A DNA stretch of 64,000 nt from Lingula anatina (taxonomy: Eukaryota > Animalia > Brachiopoda), in contig CM120640.1 in the NCBI GenBank assembly GCA_051362555.1, forward strand, positions 71,278,788-71,342,787, written 5' to 3'. The notes under the pieces are model-generated. The model saw only the letters and a list, made by a program, of their open reading frames with translations. It did not search any database and had not been told where the DNA came from. Shown here piece by piece: positions 25,554-39,762 of this stretch (its first letter is position 1; each line of letters opens with the position of its first letter). The position numbers and the translations under genes are program-made.

Positions 25554-28500
25554 CTATGTGGAGTTGTCTTTATCATGTAAAATATTCTTCATGGTGAACT
25601 GGTACAACTCTTTATTGGCAGTCTGGAGCTGTGCAATATGTGCTTTCAATTCATGGGTCTCCTCTGAGTTACTTCCTTTAGTAGAACCCAATGTCTGTAA
25701 ACCCTGCAATAAGAAAATTCATTCGCCTTAACACATCAGATTGTCAACATTGGGGACACTATACTTCACTACCATAGAGATTGTGAAAGTTGCAGTGACC
25801 AATGTGATACACTAGAGATTGTGACAGTTGTGATGACTAATGTGATAAACTGGAGATTATGACAGTTGTGATAACCAATGTGATACACTAGAGATTGAGA
25901 CAGTTATGATAACCAATATGATATGCTTGAGATTGTGACAGTTGTGATGAGCAATGTGTTACACCAGATTGTGACAGTTGTGATGACCAATGTGTTACAC
26001 CAGATTGTGACAGTTGTGATGACCAATGTGTTACACCAGATTGCGACAGTTGTTATGACCAATGTGTTACAATGTTCTTTATTCAAACTGGGATATTCAA
26101 GCTTCAGTGACATACTTCCAGTCATTTGTGATACTCGAAAATTAAGACACCTCTGCATCAGTAATCCAAATTTAATTTGAAAATAATAGGCCTAGGTTTT
26201 AACTGTGCAATAGCAGATATCTCAAATTTTATTTTTTAATGTTGTCAGCTCTGTAGTTTCAAGGAACTTAAAACAACAAGTTAACAAATCTTTAAACCTA
26301 TGTTTTACAAACATTTATGCCCTGTGTAGTTCAATTTTGAAGACAGGCAGCCTACCTCTTCTAGTAAACAGTGTTCCACAAAGGTGCCTGATGATCCTTT
26401 CTCCCCCTGTGAAAAAAGTACTCAAAACTGCACATCTAATTTTGTTATACTACATTCCACACCAGAACCAGTATTCTACATCAACATTAAAAACATTCTT
26501 TAAGTTCACAAATGTAAAAAAAAAAAATTAGTGTAACTTAAATAATGCCATTGAATTCAAATTCAATTATCTTGGATAAAATCACAGATCTGGTACCTCA
26601 TCCCTCTTGCTCCTCTTTATCTTGATGTGAAGAGTTTGGTCCTCTGCCTGGTCCTCTGCTGTGAACAGTTGTCTTTTAAACTGCTGTAGGGGCAGGCTTG
26701 TCTTCCACTCGCTGCTGCTGACACCTGGTGGTGTGGGAGATATCACCAGGTTTGTTACAGGGCCTGAAATAAATTAATAAATAAAGTTAAATACACATGC
26801 TCACACTTCTTACAACATCAGCAGGAGAAAAAAATTGTTCAAAAAAATCTCTGAACTTTTGGAATTTGAATTACATAGGAGGTTTAAATTAATTTTAAAT
26901 AAAAAAGCAATGACAGTGAAATATGAATTAACCACACAAAAAAAAAAGATCTTTCAGAAGGAATTTTAATGTTATCAATCTACCATCATAAGCTGACTAC
27001 AAGTTTGTAATATACTATGTAAAGCTATCCTTACCTTTATGTGCAAGTGTTCTGATACATTGCCGACTTTGTATATCCCATAATTTTACACTACAGTCAT
27101 GTGATCCAGATACTAGTAAACTGCTGTCCATGTTGACAGATAAACATGTCACTTGTTTGCTAAAATAAACGTTGAATTTTATACCAATTGTAGATTTACA
27201 ACTATTTTATTCACAAAGAAGATTTATAAAATTTTTATATTTTTGACTGTCTCAAGATTTTATGTTATACTCTTATGCAACCATTGGTGTAATCTTATGT
27301 ATTGCAATGAATATGAAAATTACGACTTTTTTCAATTAAAAGCAATTTTGGGACAAATCCCATTCTTTACCTGTGTCCTGTGAAAACCAACCCTCTTGTT
27401 TCCTCTTGCTCAGATCCAATATGACGCTCCTTGGTGACTGGCTGCAAGTAAATAGATATGAACACACTTTTCTATTTATTCATAAATTTCATCTGTAATA
27501 AATACCAACACCTGAGATATTTATGTCACAAAACTACTTTCACGGTTTGTTCACTTCCTCTGGTGTCTCTGAAATGAAGAAGACAGTAGAGCACAACCTG
27601 ATTCTTCCCATCATCAAGATTTCACACTTAGAATAAAGTTAAACAAGTTCAAAATGAATTATGCAGAGCTATGGTTGGTTATATATATATCAAAACGAGG
27701 CTCATCATGATGTATGTTGCTCACCTTCTCAAAGAGGTTAGCCTGATATATCTTCCCATTACTACCTCCTGCAAACAGTCTGTATTCTGCTGTATCCATA
27801 GCAACAGACAATATACTGCAGTCATAGATAAAAGACACCAAAAGGTCACCAGATACTATGTCCCAAAGCTGAAAAAATGTATACAAGCAATAATAATAAA
27901 AATGATAGCAATAATTGCAATACAAGTCTGCTTCATATCTATGGCCTCATTCAGAATAGGGAATAACTAGTCTGAGGGTCAAATATGGCCGACCCACTTG
28001 AATACTTCCCCAATGAAATCTATTCAGTGTCTATTAGCAGATTAGACAGCAAGCTTTGTAGTGGGTCGCCATATCTGACCCCCGGACTAGTTTGCCCCCT
28101 ATTCTGAATGGAGCCCATCTCACCTTCACAGTGTGGTCAAGTGAGGCTGTGGCCACTCTGGCCCTGCAGCCTCCACAGCCAATGTGGACATCAGTGACCG
28201 GTAGGGAGTGTGCTGACCACACATGGACTGGGTCCACCTTCTTCCCCTGGACATCAGCAAGGACGCTGGATAATGCAGGATTAAAATACACTCAGCATGG
28301 AATGTCACATTTTGCGTGTACTGCCTTAAAGTGTCCAAATAAGTTACACTAATAATTTGGACTGGCAACCATTAAAAGTTTTGTCTTTAAGAATACCTCA
28401 TTTTTCTTATCTCTCCTCATTCTCCTGTTACCCTTTACATCACTTTGCTCATCATTTACAACAGTTTTTAAGCCAAATAAGAAAGCTTTAATTAATCTTT

Positions 28501-31500
28501 TGAAACTCTGATACCTTGCAAGATTCCAGACCAGCACAAGATGATCTTCTCCTGCAGATATAAAGTGGCTGCCATCATCAGTGAACTTGATACATCTAAC
28601 TGTCTGGTAATGTCTGCTGAGGACCAGTAGAAGATTACCTGTACACACCTGGAATATATCAATAACAGGTATGGTCATCTGACTGTCTGGTAATATATTA
28701 ACAATGGCTTAAGTCATATGTCCAATATCAAGCAAGATGACATGATGTGATGATAAATTTGTCTTGAATAGAAAGGAAAGAAAACAACTACCAGGTTACT
28801 CCCTCTGGACAGGTGACTGTGTTTTCTTACCTGCCACAGGTGTAACTTCTCATCTACTGCAGCCACACAGTAACTGCCCTCTGGACTGACCGCCAGACCA
28901 CTCACTCTACCTGGACACACCATCTTCAACTGGAGCTGCTCCTAATCAAAGAGAAAGTAATGTCACCACACAATTAAGTATACAGAGAATATTAAATATA
29001 CACAAGTGAACCACAAATTAATTAGTGTTTAGAAATTATTTTAATATGATATTAAAATATCATACTTTCAAATGAGATTGATATTGATACGGTTGTGAAT
29101 GATACAATCTTGTTCTAATGAGATTGATATTGTTACGGTTGTGAATGATACAATCTTGTTTTAATGAGATTGATATTGTTACGGTTGTGAATGATACAAC
29201 CTTGTTCTAATGAGATTGATATTGATACAGTTGTGAATGATACAACCTTGTTCTAATGAGATTGATATTGATACAGTTGTGAATGATACAACCTTGTTCT
29301 AATGAGATTGAGATTGATACAGTTGTGAATGATACAACCTTGTTCTAATGAGATTGATATTGATACAGTTGTGAATGATACAATCTTGTTTTTAAGAAAC
29401 ACCTTTAATAGAGGCTGTCCGGGTTCTCAACGAGAAGACCAAGTTTCCCCGTGATTTTACGAGATCTGCCTTGAGGTGGGGTTAAAATATGGAGTCCACA
29501 AGGAAGTATAGCAGCGATTTCTTTACTTGAAAAATAGCTGAACTTACACATTGGATGGATGCCATATCAGAACATTAGACTTGCCTGCATCTTTGATTTA
29601 ATTTCACTAAATTTATAGTAACTAATTCAAAAGGCTCGAGTTTGATCATAAGGTTAATTTTCTTCATTTATTTACTTATGAAAATGATGCTATAGAAACT
29701 AATGGATAGCATTCACAAAATGTAAGTTTCATTGTGATCAGATCCGACTTAAATGACAGGAAAGATGACAAAAGAAAGTATTAAAATGGACAACATATAA
29801 GTTGAAATTTTCACAAAATCATTGCATTTTATTGACAGTTATACACAAATGCAACAAATAAACACATCACAGGCGAACTTGTATTTGTGATCTAAGTAAA
29901 TGATATGAAAAACAGGTGTCATATAGTTATTAAGAAAAGTCACTACAGTAACATAAGAATGATACTAGCAAGTAAAATAATTTTCTTCATTAAATCACTA
30001 GTGCAGTACAATACATAGGCCTATATACATATATATATATATATTCATAAAACCAAATATTTCATTTTAAAGTAATAAAGAAAATGCCTGATACTGTAAG
30101 TGACACACAGAAAAAAATGCCATCTGTTGACTCCTGATATAATTAAGTAAACAACATAATAACTAAGGACATAAGAGATTAATATACACTGAGCAATCTT
30201 CAACATCTGATTATCCTGACCACATGACTCTCGCAGTTCTTGACTGGTTCAATAACATGTGCTGTGTCTGTCATGCTCTAAAATAAATAAAAAATAACTC
30301 ACTTAGTTTTCTGAAATATATATCATTATGTGATAAACGTTGTTGTAAAATACCAACTCTAATTTCCACCTTACTTGCAAATTGCAATTATCATAACTGA
30401 CCACCCGGCATGGAATGTTACAACTGAACATTGTGTATACTTAATAGGTGTGGAAGGTTCACCAGTATTTCATAATCAGGTACACGTTATATGGAGATAG
30501 GAATGGTACAAGCAAATTTGTCTGATATAGTTACCGTAAAAGACTATTAATCACAAGTACTAGGGCTGTATCACATTAATAAACCATGGTGTCCTGTAAA
30601 CTACACACAAAACTTACTTATTAATATGCCCCTCGACCGACGGTCTGTACGGACCCGACGGTCTGTACGGTGATGCCATGGAGCCAGTGACCTGCAGGGT
30701 GCGAGTTGTCTGCAGTTGGTCCCTTTCTTTCTACAAAATACTGCGACCTGATCTGTACTTTAAATATTTCGGCATTTAGTCCTTTTAATCTAATCAAGCC
30801 CAACTTCTCTTTCTTCACTTCACTTCTCTCGCCAGTCGTGTCCGTCATCCATAGTCATTTTCCTGGTTTTCTCGCTTTATTTTATCTGCAATGCACCCTA
30901 CGACACAACATTAGCAATTCGCCATTGCGTTGCTCTATCTCAAATTACATGACAACGCCAAATTTTACTCAATGCAATCCTAAAACATAGACTTGTGCCT
31001 GACCGCGAGAGAAGTTTCAATGACAGATTTTAACCCCACCTCTCGTGAAATCTCGCTCCAATCCAGGTCTCGTTTGACGTCATCTGCTGCGCAGATGTTC
31101 AAAAAAGGCTATCCCGGACATCTCCTATTGACATGCTAACAAGAGACAAACAGATTTTTAATAAGGTCTAAAAAACACAACACTGACCCTTTTCTGAAGT
31201 GACCAGACATGTATTAGTGACTTGTTGTGGACGGCAGAGAGGATGTACTGTTCAGCTAGAAGACAGAGTGTCCTGGGGACACTAGTGCCACCTTTGTAGG
31301 TGGCCAGTGTGGTTCCAGAATGAAGATCCAAGACACAGGTATTCCACAGCTGTCCTGTGCCTTCACTCGTAAATATCACCTGGGGAGAAGAAGGGAACAT
31401 AATTAGCCAAAAAGACAATTTTTGACTGCAAAACAGAAAGCCCATCCAAATAAAAAGCCTTCTTCATACTACAGACATCTTTTTATTCTCCATTTGTACT

Positions 31501-32121
31501 ATATAGATCTTTCTTATTTAGTCTGATATTTCCAAAGGCAGTAAGGGAAGGTGACAGCATGGAAAGACAAGTCCAGTACCTCTCCATTAGTGTCCATCAA
31601 AGTCAAAGTCAACATTTATTCCCTTCCACTGCTTTAGTGTAGCACAAATAATCACGCCCTAGCCCTAATAAATTATCTATTTAAGTAATAAAGCATGTGC
31701 TAGGGCTCAGGGGTAGAAATAAAATCCCAGTTATAAAGTGTTAGTTTTGACATGGAGGAACAGAAAATGTAAAAAAAAAAACTACTTTGAAAAAGTGAAA
31801 ATTATAGGGGAGGGGGGAATATCCATAAGTGACAATATTTTAGCTATGGCAAAGACGGTTAACAAAGTGTAAGAAAAATTGGGGAGGGGGATCGATTGCA
31901 CATTTGCAGTACTGGTATTAACATTTACGTAAATTTTAGTTGTGCTATCTCGTCTGACACAGCTTTCATCCTTTTTCGCATTTTTCTATCCTAAACAATT
32001 GTGTACTATCCTAACTAGGTTTTTAATTAACGGACAAACCACCAACATCATGAACATCGAAATAACTTAAAGATAAAACAAAAGATAGAAGTCGCACATT
32101 TACCTCTATGGGCGCAGCCAT
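25554..32121 (-). CDS. WDR18: WD repeat-containing protein 18 (Ipi3 homolog, rixosome subunit), 434 aa
   Basis: Exons (minus strand) 32104-32121, 31188-31379, 28831-28941, 28515-28648, 28124-28265, 27725-27868, 27371-27441, 27035-27159, 26597-26763, 26356-26406, 25554-25703. All GT-AG with consistent phases. MAAPIEV..., [39 protein letters not shown] and a C-terminal coiled coil match WDR18. Confidence 0.95.
25775..26071. repeat. 36-38 bp minisatellite, about 8 copies, in the last WDR18 intron
   Basis: Unit gattgtgacagttgtgatgaccaatgtgttacacca. Confidence 0.9.
27943..28116. mobile_element. MITE family A copy in WDR18 intron 5
   Basis: TIRs ggcctcattcagaatagg / cctattctgaatggagccc. The interior is the reverse complement of the interior of 1133-1305. 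Confidence 0.8.
29070..29392. repeat. 46 bp minisatellite, 7 copies
   Basis: Unit aatgagattgatattgatac(g/a)gttgtgaatgatacaa(t/c)cttgttct. Confidence 0.92.
29407..31129. mobile_element. Putative 1.7 kb non-autonomous DNA transposon in WDR18 intron 2
   Basis: Imperfect TIR aatagaggctgtccggg / cccggacatctcctatt, plus a subterminal inverted block gaggtggggttaaaat / attttaaccccacctc. No intact transposase seen. Confidence 0.55.
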
Positions 32122-35100
32122 CTTGCAACTGTCCCGCAGTAAATATAGGTGATACACTGAGACTCATTGCTCGGCTGTTTGTTCTTTGTGATTTATGCAA
32201 GAAAATTAATAAATAAATAAAAACAATAAATCAACAAATAATGAGCTTCTAAATTCTTTAGTTTTGGAGGGCAGTGACAATACATAAATACTGAAATGAC
32301 CCCCCCCCCCCCCCCTGTACCTAGCGCCAGATTTTTTTAATGCATTTTACTCTTTTAAAAAATAAACATTTATTTTTAAAATTGTAGTTTCTTGGTATGT
32401 TCTCATTATATTTATATGTGACGAAATGCACACTGTTTTTGCACGTCCTTCCATTTGCTTTAGCAATACATGTTTGATGCATACTTGAATTTTAAAAACA
32501 TTAAAAATCAAAGGCAACTTAGATAAAGGGGGCACTTCATAAGCACCCTGTTCGACTCCTTTGGGTGGTCAAATACACATACCTGTTTGGCATTCCGTTA
32601 AAAATTTTTTTCTATTTTTCTACAGGCAGACTTATTATTACACGTACACCACTCAACAGTCGCTAGATTGCAAGCAATTGGCAGTCTTTTTCTAGAACTT
32701 CACCATTTCTTCACGGAATACCATCAACCTTTGTTATGTCTGTGCTGTCTGTTAATTCAGTTTTATTAGTGATTGAGAAGGTCTAGTTCATATTCATTTC
32801 TAGTCTCTCAAATAGCTAAAATACGATTTGTAGTAAAATAAATGGCAGTAGAATTGGAACTCAAACTTGGCAAAATAATAATAATAATAATAAATAAAAA
32901 AATAAAAACATTTTAGAACTAGCATTTACAGAATAAGAGAGTTTTCAGTTTCAGCATCTAATGGCTGCTTCTTCTGGAAATGTACCAATTGACTCCAAAC
33001 TCATGAAGATGAAAGATGACCCTAAGGGTGACATCTGCCTATAATATTATAGGTTAGGTCTGTGTAGTGTCTGGAGAGACGTGTGAGAGGTGGAGAGACC
33101 ATTACAGGATTAAGTGGTCTTCCTTTCATGTAGGTATGCCATATTTAGGTCGTGGCCTAGCTAGCATTCAGCTCTTCTCATTCTGATTAATGGTCCCTAT
33201 GACTTTTAGTCAGCTATCTGTAGAAATTTTTCCCATAATTCCTTCAGTTTAGTAAAGTTAGCATTTAATTTTGCAATTTTTGGACAAGGGTTCATTGTGA
33301 TGAGTGCCACACCTGGACACGTGCACTGACAAAGCCTAAAATTTAACTGGAACGAAATGAGATTATGTGTGACAAAAATCCAAGAGATGGGTACACAGGC
33401 CCTTGTAGTCTAGGAGAACCAGTAACGGTGAAATGGCTGCAGATACGGCAGAGCTGGCGGACGAGATGGATCAGAGCTAAAACCATATGTACTGCAAGCA
33501 CCGCGCTGGTGGTACAATAATTTTCTTTGAATATATTTCACAACATTGTTCAGACTGTTTTATAAAATATAATTGTTCCAAACTTCAAGGTCTTCCACTA
33601 TAAGAACCCACAGTACTCTCGTCTCTTTTTAAAACTTTAATTCAATTACAATATCACAGTGTATACAGAGTTGAACAAACAGAATAATTCTGAAAGAGAA
33701 ATAAAATCATGATTTTGGCTGTCAACCTGTGATACACCAGCACCAATCAAATCAGTAACTTAAAATGCTGTCATGTTTCCAAATTCCTACAATACAATGA
33801 CCTGTTATAAAATATAGAGAGTAACATTCTGAAACTAAGTCTATCAATCCCTTGTCCCAGATAAATCCGTCTCCAGTATTCTATGATGTATTGAAGGATT
33901 TAAATGCAAATATACCAATTTCAATTCCAGCTTTATATAAATGTCCAGTCTTTAAGAAGTATTTCCTTCTATTTTTCCCAGTCTATTAGAAGTATTTCCT
34001 TGTATTTTTTCCAACTTGAAAATCAATCAATTCTTAAATAACTTAATACATATTACTTGATTAAACAATGACTTAACGTAATAACAGCCTTCTAGAATAA
34101 TTTATATAAGCTTTAAAAAGCATTCTATGAAAGCAAAAGATTATTTTGTTAATCAAATTTATAATTTCTGTATACAATTTGTTTTTTAGCAGTCAAAGCC
34201 AGCTAAAGTGTTCATCTAAGTCAATCATAAATCCCCATTTTCTTGCCACTGCATGCAATTAGCTCAAGTCACTCATCTGTTGAGCTGGTCCATTTTAGAA
34301 CAGCAAATCTAAGAAATTACAATTCCTGAATATGTGATGCTATAAGAATTCCGTCATGAAATCCATGTAAAAGCCAGCTTTCCTTACAACACAGTTACTA
34401 ATACTGCATCTTCAATCAATCCATTCACATATCAACTAGTTTTGAGTATATTGTCTAATATGAAACAAATCTTACCACAATAATGACATTTTACCAGAAC
34501 ATCATACTAGTCTAATAAAAATGGACTTACATCTTTCTATTGCACATCTCAAACCAAATCATACTTTGTGCTGACCACAAAATAAACAAAGATAGAAGTC
34601 CTTTCTTCAAACTAAAATGTGGAAACAGATGAGAGAGAGAGAGGGAGAATTTCCTGCTTTGTGGTGACTGTGGTTTCCATTTCCTTTTCTGTCACAATGA
34701 ATCACATGCACACACACATCACTTAAACGGTAACTCAACTGACATAATGTGTTTTTTAATTGGTAACCTAACAGACAAAAGTAAAAAGACCAAATCTACT
34801 GAGCAGAATAAATGACTCCCAGAAAAAATGTCTGCCTGGCACCAGATTGGAATCCTATCATATAAATTGATTTCTGCTCTTTATATATATCCTTTTTACA
34901 ATAGATGCGTGCTGAAGGCAGATCTAATCAATTATTCAAAATAGTACAACCATACAGCTCACAGAACTTAAAAATAGCCCCTCACAATCCCCCGAAACTG
35001 TCGTTATTGCTTACACATTTTGGTTCAAATTACAACCCCGTCAACCCTGCCTATTGATAATTTTTTCCCTACAATACAAATATCAACTGAATGTCACACT

Positions 35101-35703
35101 GACAGTATAACTTCTCGAGATCAATAGTTTCCAGCTAGATAGCACATCAGTCTTAATACTAGGCATAAAACATGAAGTTATATATCTTCAAGTGAACAGT
35201 CAGTGTCAAGGTCAAAGCAGTTCCCAAGCATAAATATGGACAGAGATATGGGTTCTGCCTGCCACTGTTCACTGTAACAGTAAGTGTATGTCACCAGAAG
35301 TGGTAGTCTAAGTGCAGCATATGGCAACATAGATCACAACAAGCACTTTTTAGATGTGTAATCTGTGAGTTCCTGTCCCCCACTAGGTCTGTGTGTACAG
35401 GTGAAGATAGCACTGCTTCTCCTCCAGCACTGCCACCATTCTCCTGGTTGACTTCACCATACAGAATGGCATAAAATCTTGTGTATTACTGTATCATAAA
35501 ATATCATAATAGGGTCTATGCATTATTTTTCCAACTACAATTGCTATGAAGGCTCCCATGTGGTTACCAGCTGTGTTCTCTGCATACAAATCTGGTGATT
35601 TACATTTTATGTCTGTCTCCACTGGAGCAACAACTACACTTGCGTTATATCCTGTATGTATCAAAAAGAGCCTTCATTTCACTTGCGTTATGTTCTACAT
35701 ATA

Positions 35704-38700
35704 TCAATTAGATCCATCAAATGTTGTGAGTAGAGCTGCGTCCACTGGCTCCATACATGATGGACATGTGAAGGAACGCATTAACCAATCGTCTATACAG
35801 TCTTTGTGATAGATGTGCATACATGGCAGGTAGCGCAACTTGTCGCCAATGGAAAACTCCCCCATACATATAACACACCTGAAATACAGACAAGGTCTAT
35901 GCAGTATTTGTAATACATTTGAAATATTTTCTGCAACTTTTTCAACAAGTATTTTTGCAATGACTTGCAAACGCTCCTGCCTGTATTTGTGTCTATTCAG
36001 AGGGAAGTGAACAAAAGAGAACTATGGAAAAAGAAAATTATTACAATGACATCCTCAGACTGAGGGTATTTCATTTCATTTGATGAATTAAATGCAGTTA
36101 CAATTGCAATTAATCTATTTAAGAAAATTACTGACTATTTACATTTGATACCATTTCAAATATTATTTTTCATATTTATTACACAGAACGTGCTATATTA
36201 CAAATGTGATAAAAGACATTCCACTTACTCTCTGGCCTTTTTACTTCCATCATACTCCCCACAAGGTAAATGCTGGATCAGTCCTATCCTCTGAGCTATC
36301 TTGATCTGTTCTTCCTCTGTCAGTAGGTGTGCTGGTCTGCTTATGTTGGGAGCTGGGTGATACACTGGTGCCGACTCCTAGATACATAGAGAAATACCCA
36401 TAAAACAACAACAGCTTCAACAACAATATTAATACTTAACTAGTATCTCAGGTCTGCTAATGTTGGGGACTGGGTATTACACTGGTGCTGACTCCTGGAT
36501 ACATAGAGAAATATACACATAAAACAACAAAAACAGCTTCCACATCCATATTAATATCTGCAATTCTATAAAAAAGTGAGAAAACTTGACCCATATCATA
36601 AAAACAATCAGTAACAAAAATGTCCAGGTAGCTTCAATGCATAATTATAATAACTGCCAGAGACTAAATGTACTGGAAATACACAGGGGAGGTTCTTTGG
36701 CATTCTAAAGTCCTGAATAAAAAGCTGCCATAAACAAGACCTACTAGAGACAGTTGAATATTACAATATTACAAACAACATCAGTAATAACATTGTGTTA
36801 TACAAGGTAGACATGACTGGTCAACCATGTATAACACAGTAAACATCACAATATTACAAACCACATCAGTAATAACACTGTGTTATATTGTGTTATACAA
36901 GGTAGACATGACTGGTCAACCATGTGGTTTCCCCACGCAACAAACACATGGTTGACTTGAGGCAAGTTCACACTGGAGATGGGCTGGCCCCACTCATACC
37001 ACAATTCTTCCCTGGAGGTTGTCTGATAAAGTCTACAGCATGTGACACCAGTGTTCTCTCACTAGGCACTGCATGCTACTATCTGAACTAGTGGGCTTAG
37101 GTTTGCTGAGCACTTTGTGGTGACCAAGTAAAGAAAACCAAGTTAGTTTTATACCAGAAGGGTTGACCTATCTCTTATGTAAAGGCGCCTTAAGATGACC
37201 AGATAAGATATGATCTGTCACAAAGCTAAGTACACGTGACAGTAGACAATAAACTGCATGAGGGTCAATTCTGGGAAATAGTGACCAGGAAAAACTTGGA
37301 CCGTGCATTTACAAATGTATAAATACAATAAATTCAGGTACTTTAAATGAAGCAATGAAAGGTCACCAAATCTAAGGTTATATATACCCCATTTGCTTTC
37401 TAGGTCAGTCCACACTTAGCTTTTTGTCAATGTTACGTAAAAGAACTCCCCTTTCTTGTTGGATTTTCAAATGGCTTCAATTTCATTGCAGCATTTTTAA
37501 AGGTGTGCACTTAACTAAAACAAATAATTAAACAATCGCATTCTGAAATGAAAGGAAAATAAATAGGGTAAACTATATCATGACCCAATGGCTTGGACCC
37601 TGTAAGAAATTGGCCAGTAATCAATAGGTATATAGAGGCAGGAGGTTGCAAGGAGGGACTATTGACCCAGTTGATAGAAGCACTGGGTAAACAGCACCCC
37701 AGTGGTTTCTTCTATTTATCAGCAGATGAACTATTGATGCTTGGACTTTTCTAGCTAGAAAACTTGAAAATGTTACTAAAGGCCTCATCAATGATAATTG
37801 CCGTTTGTGATTCCAATCACTAAATTTATTTCTTGGAACTGCAATTTAATATTGCTTTCTATCAATTCCAACTTACAGCATCATCCTATTGTCTCCTAAA
37901 AATCTGTGAGGTAATGGGTTTTCTCTACTGTATAATATTTGCAATTATTTAAGTAGGAAGTTGTGAAGAATTTACACTATATGAGATTTCAAGTATTAAA
38001 AGGTTTTTTCTCTTTCTCTATTACTAAATTAAATGCAAAGGTTAAACTTCTTGAGATATACACCATAACCCAGTAAAGTGGGTTGTATATATATACTTTA
38101 GCAAGAATCAATCTACTATTTCACTGTGGATTAACACAAGAGTAATGCACTCTTGATAATCTATGGCACATACGAACATAGCACGTGAAGGGAACTTGTG
38201 GTTCATAGACAATAACACCATGCTTGGAGTCCGTATTGATACGATTGGTTTATTAAGTTGCAGTTCCAAGTCATTAATTCAGCAATCGAAATCAGTAATT
38301 TGAAGAACCAAGTCACAAATGACAATTTTCTATAAGGCCTGCACTAGGCATAAAGGTCTTGATAGAATCAAGTATATAAAGATGACACATAATCATTTTG
38401 AAATCTATCCACTTTGTTTAAGAATGACCAAAATAGTATGGGAAGTAAACATATAAAATGGCAACAAATCAATCATATTTTTCTTTTGTTGAAATCAGTG
38501 TCAGTGTTAGGAATTCATCATATCCTATCTTACAAAGGCATCTCTAAATCTGTCACCATATTTGCATAATTATATTATTGATCCTGATAACTGACGAGAC
38601 AGAGCTTTGTTTGCTGATCTCAACTTTGCACTTTAGCACTGATGCTCTGTTTGGGGATAACACGACACAAAGCAAGCACATGGTTTATCTTAGTATTAAA

Positions 38701-39141
38701 CTCTGTTGGTTTAAATGAGTTTCAAAAAAGTTCCTGATTGTTTATCAAATGATCTGACTTACGCATAATATAGATAAAGAAACAGGAAAGGCCAACATGA
38801 CATAAAAACTACCATGTCATCGTCTGCATAATTTTGACTTATTTAAAAGAATTTAAGTCTTAAATTTATATAAATGTTAGATAACCTGAAAGAATATTTA
38901 TCAACAAATATACTTTGCATCATACGAGGCAATACATTTGATTCACGTGAGAATATTCAAAGCGTGACAGAACAAAGAAAACATCCTGGATGCTGCGTCG
39001 TGGTCTCGTCTAGACACTTTTCATTACCTGATACGGTGGAGGGGGGCCCAACAAAGTTGGATCTTGTCCATCCACCGGACTATCGCCTCCTCTCAGGAGA
39101 GAAATGTCATCTGCTGTAGGGCTTTTCAAGCAATTCCCCAT
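35704..39141 (-). CDS. RNF11: RING finger protein 11 (RING-H2 E3 ligase), 145 aa
   Basis: Exons 39028-39141, 36229-36377, 35704-35878. MGNCLKSPTADDISLL (myristoylation-type N-terminus), PPPPY motif, TEEEQIKIAQRIGLIQHLP, CVIC...LPCMHIYHKDCIDDWLMRSFTCPSCMEPVDAALL. Confidence 0.97.
36334..36556 (-). repeat. About 118 bp tandem duplication spanning the RNF11 exon 2 acceptor
   Basis: 36451-36556 repeats 36334-36435, including the acceptor and the first ~45 nt of the exon. Confidence 0.85.
36763..36925. repeat. About 85 bp two-copy tandem duplication in RNF11 intron 1
   Basis: acaatattacaaac(a/c)acatcagtaataaca...ttgtgttatacaaggtagacatgactggtcaaccatgt occurs twice. Confidence 0.85.
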
Positions 39142-39762
39142 GTTTAAAAGTTTAACATAAAGCACCTTAGTAGTGTCAATTCATAATTACGCTGTTCCGA
39201 AGACAGCTGCTCTTCCAAACATTGATTGTGCCATCTCACGTCTCTTTTCTGCTTTCACCTAAACAAAGTAGGCCCAGTCCAATAAAAATGAATTTTGGTA
39301 TATTTACAAAATTAGTGGATATTTCTTGTGATCATAAAAAATATTTATATCAATAATGACTGTATATCAACTACATAATTAAGATGCTATCTCGAAATAT
39401 TTTTTTTATTTTATCTGCGTATGGATATAATTTACGTCATTGACCCTTTAAGTAATAGGACTATCTTCAAAAACAAACAATGAGCTTAGTTTTGTATATA
39501 AACATTATACTTTATAACATCTAAGAAAATTGCTTATATTTCCAAATCATTATATCAAAATAGTGATTGTATCTAACCTTACTAACATCTGTAATCAACA
39601 TAGCATGACGCGACAAAATATATTTTCGAAACTAGCGCTGGAATCAAGCAATGCCCTTGGCGGCACATACAACAGTTTACTTTTGCAGGCGAAACGATGG
39701 TAAATATTCTTCGTGAGCGAGGTGTGTAAATACTTCCTTGGCGAGATATAATAACTAGATAA
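39142..39762. promoter_or_regulatory. Probable bidirectional promoter shared by RNF11 and FANCC-like
   Basis: Head-to-head genes. CCAAT near 39279, TGACGT-like sites, and a plus-strand donor AG|gtaatt after 39762 marking a likely non-coding FANCC exon. Confidence 0.5.

Noticed and set aside
25904-26180. Repetitive ORFs on both strands, and a possible extra WDR18 exon
   Set aside because: The ORFs are minisatellite translations. The candidate exon has no convincing phase-compatible donor, whereas 26356-26406 fits.
32955-33045. Short plus-strand ORF after an acceptor, divergent from WDR18
   Set aside because: Only 27 codons with no recognisable homology or supporting exon chain.
36960-37100. 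Possible tRNA-derived SINE on the minus strand
   Set aside because: Only a weak A-box-like motif, with no clear B box or second copy in the window.
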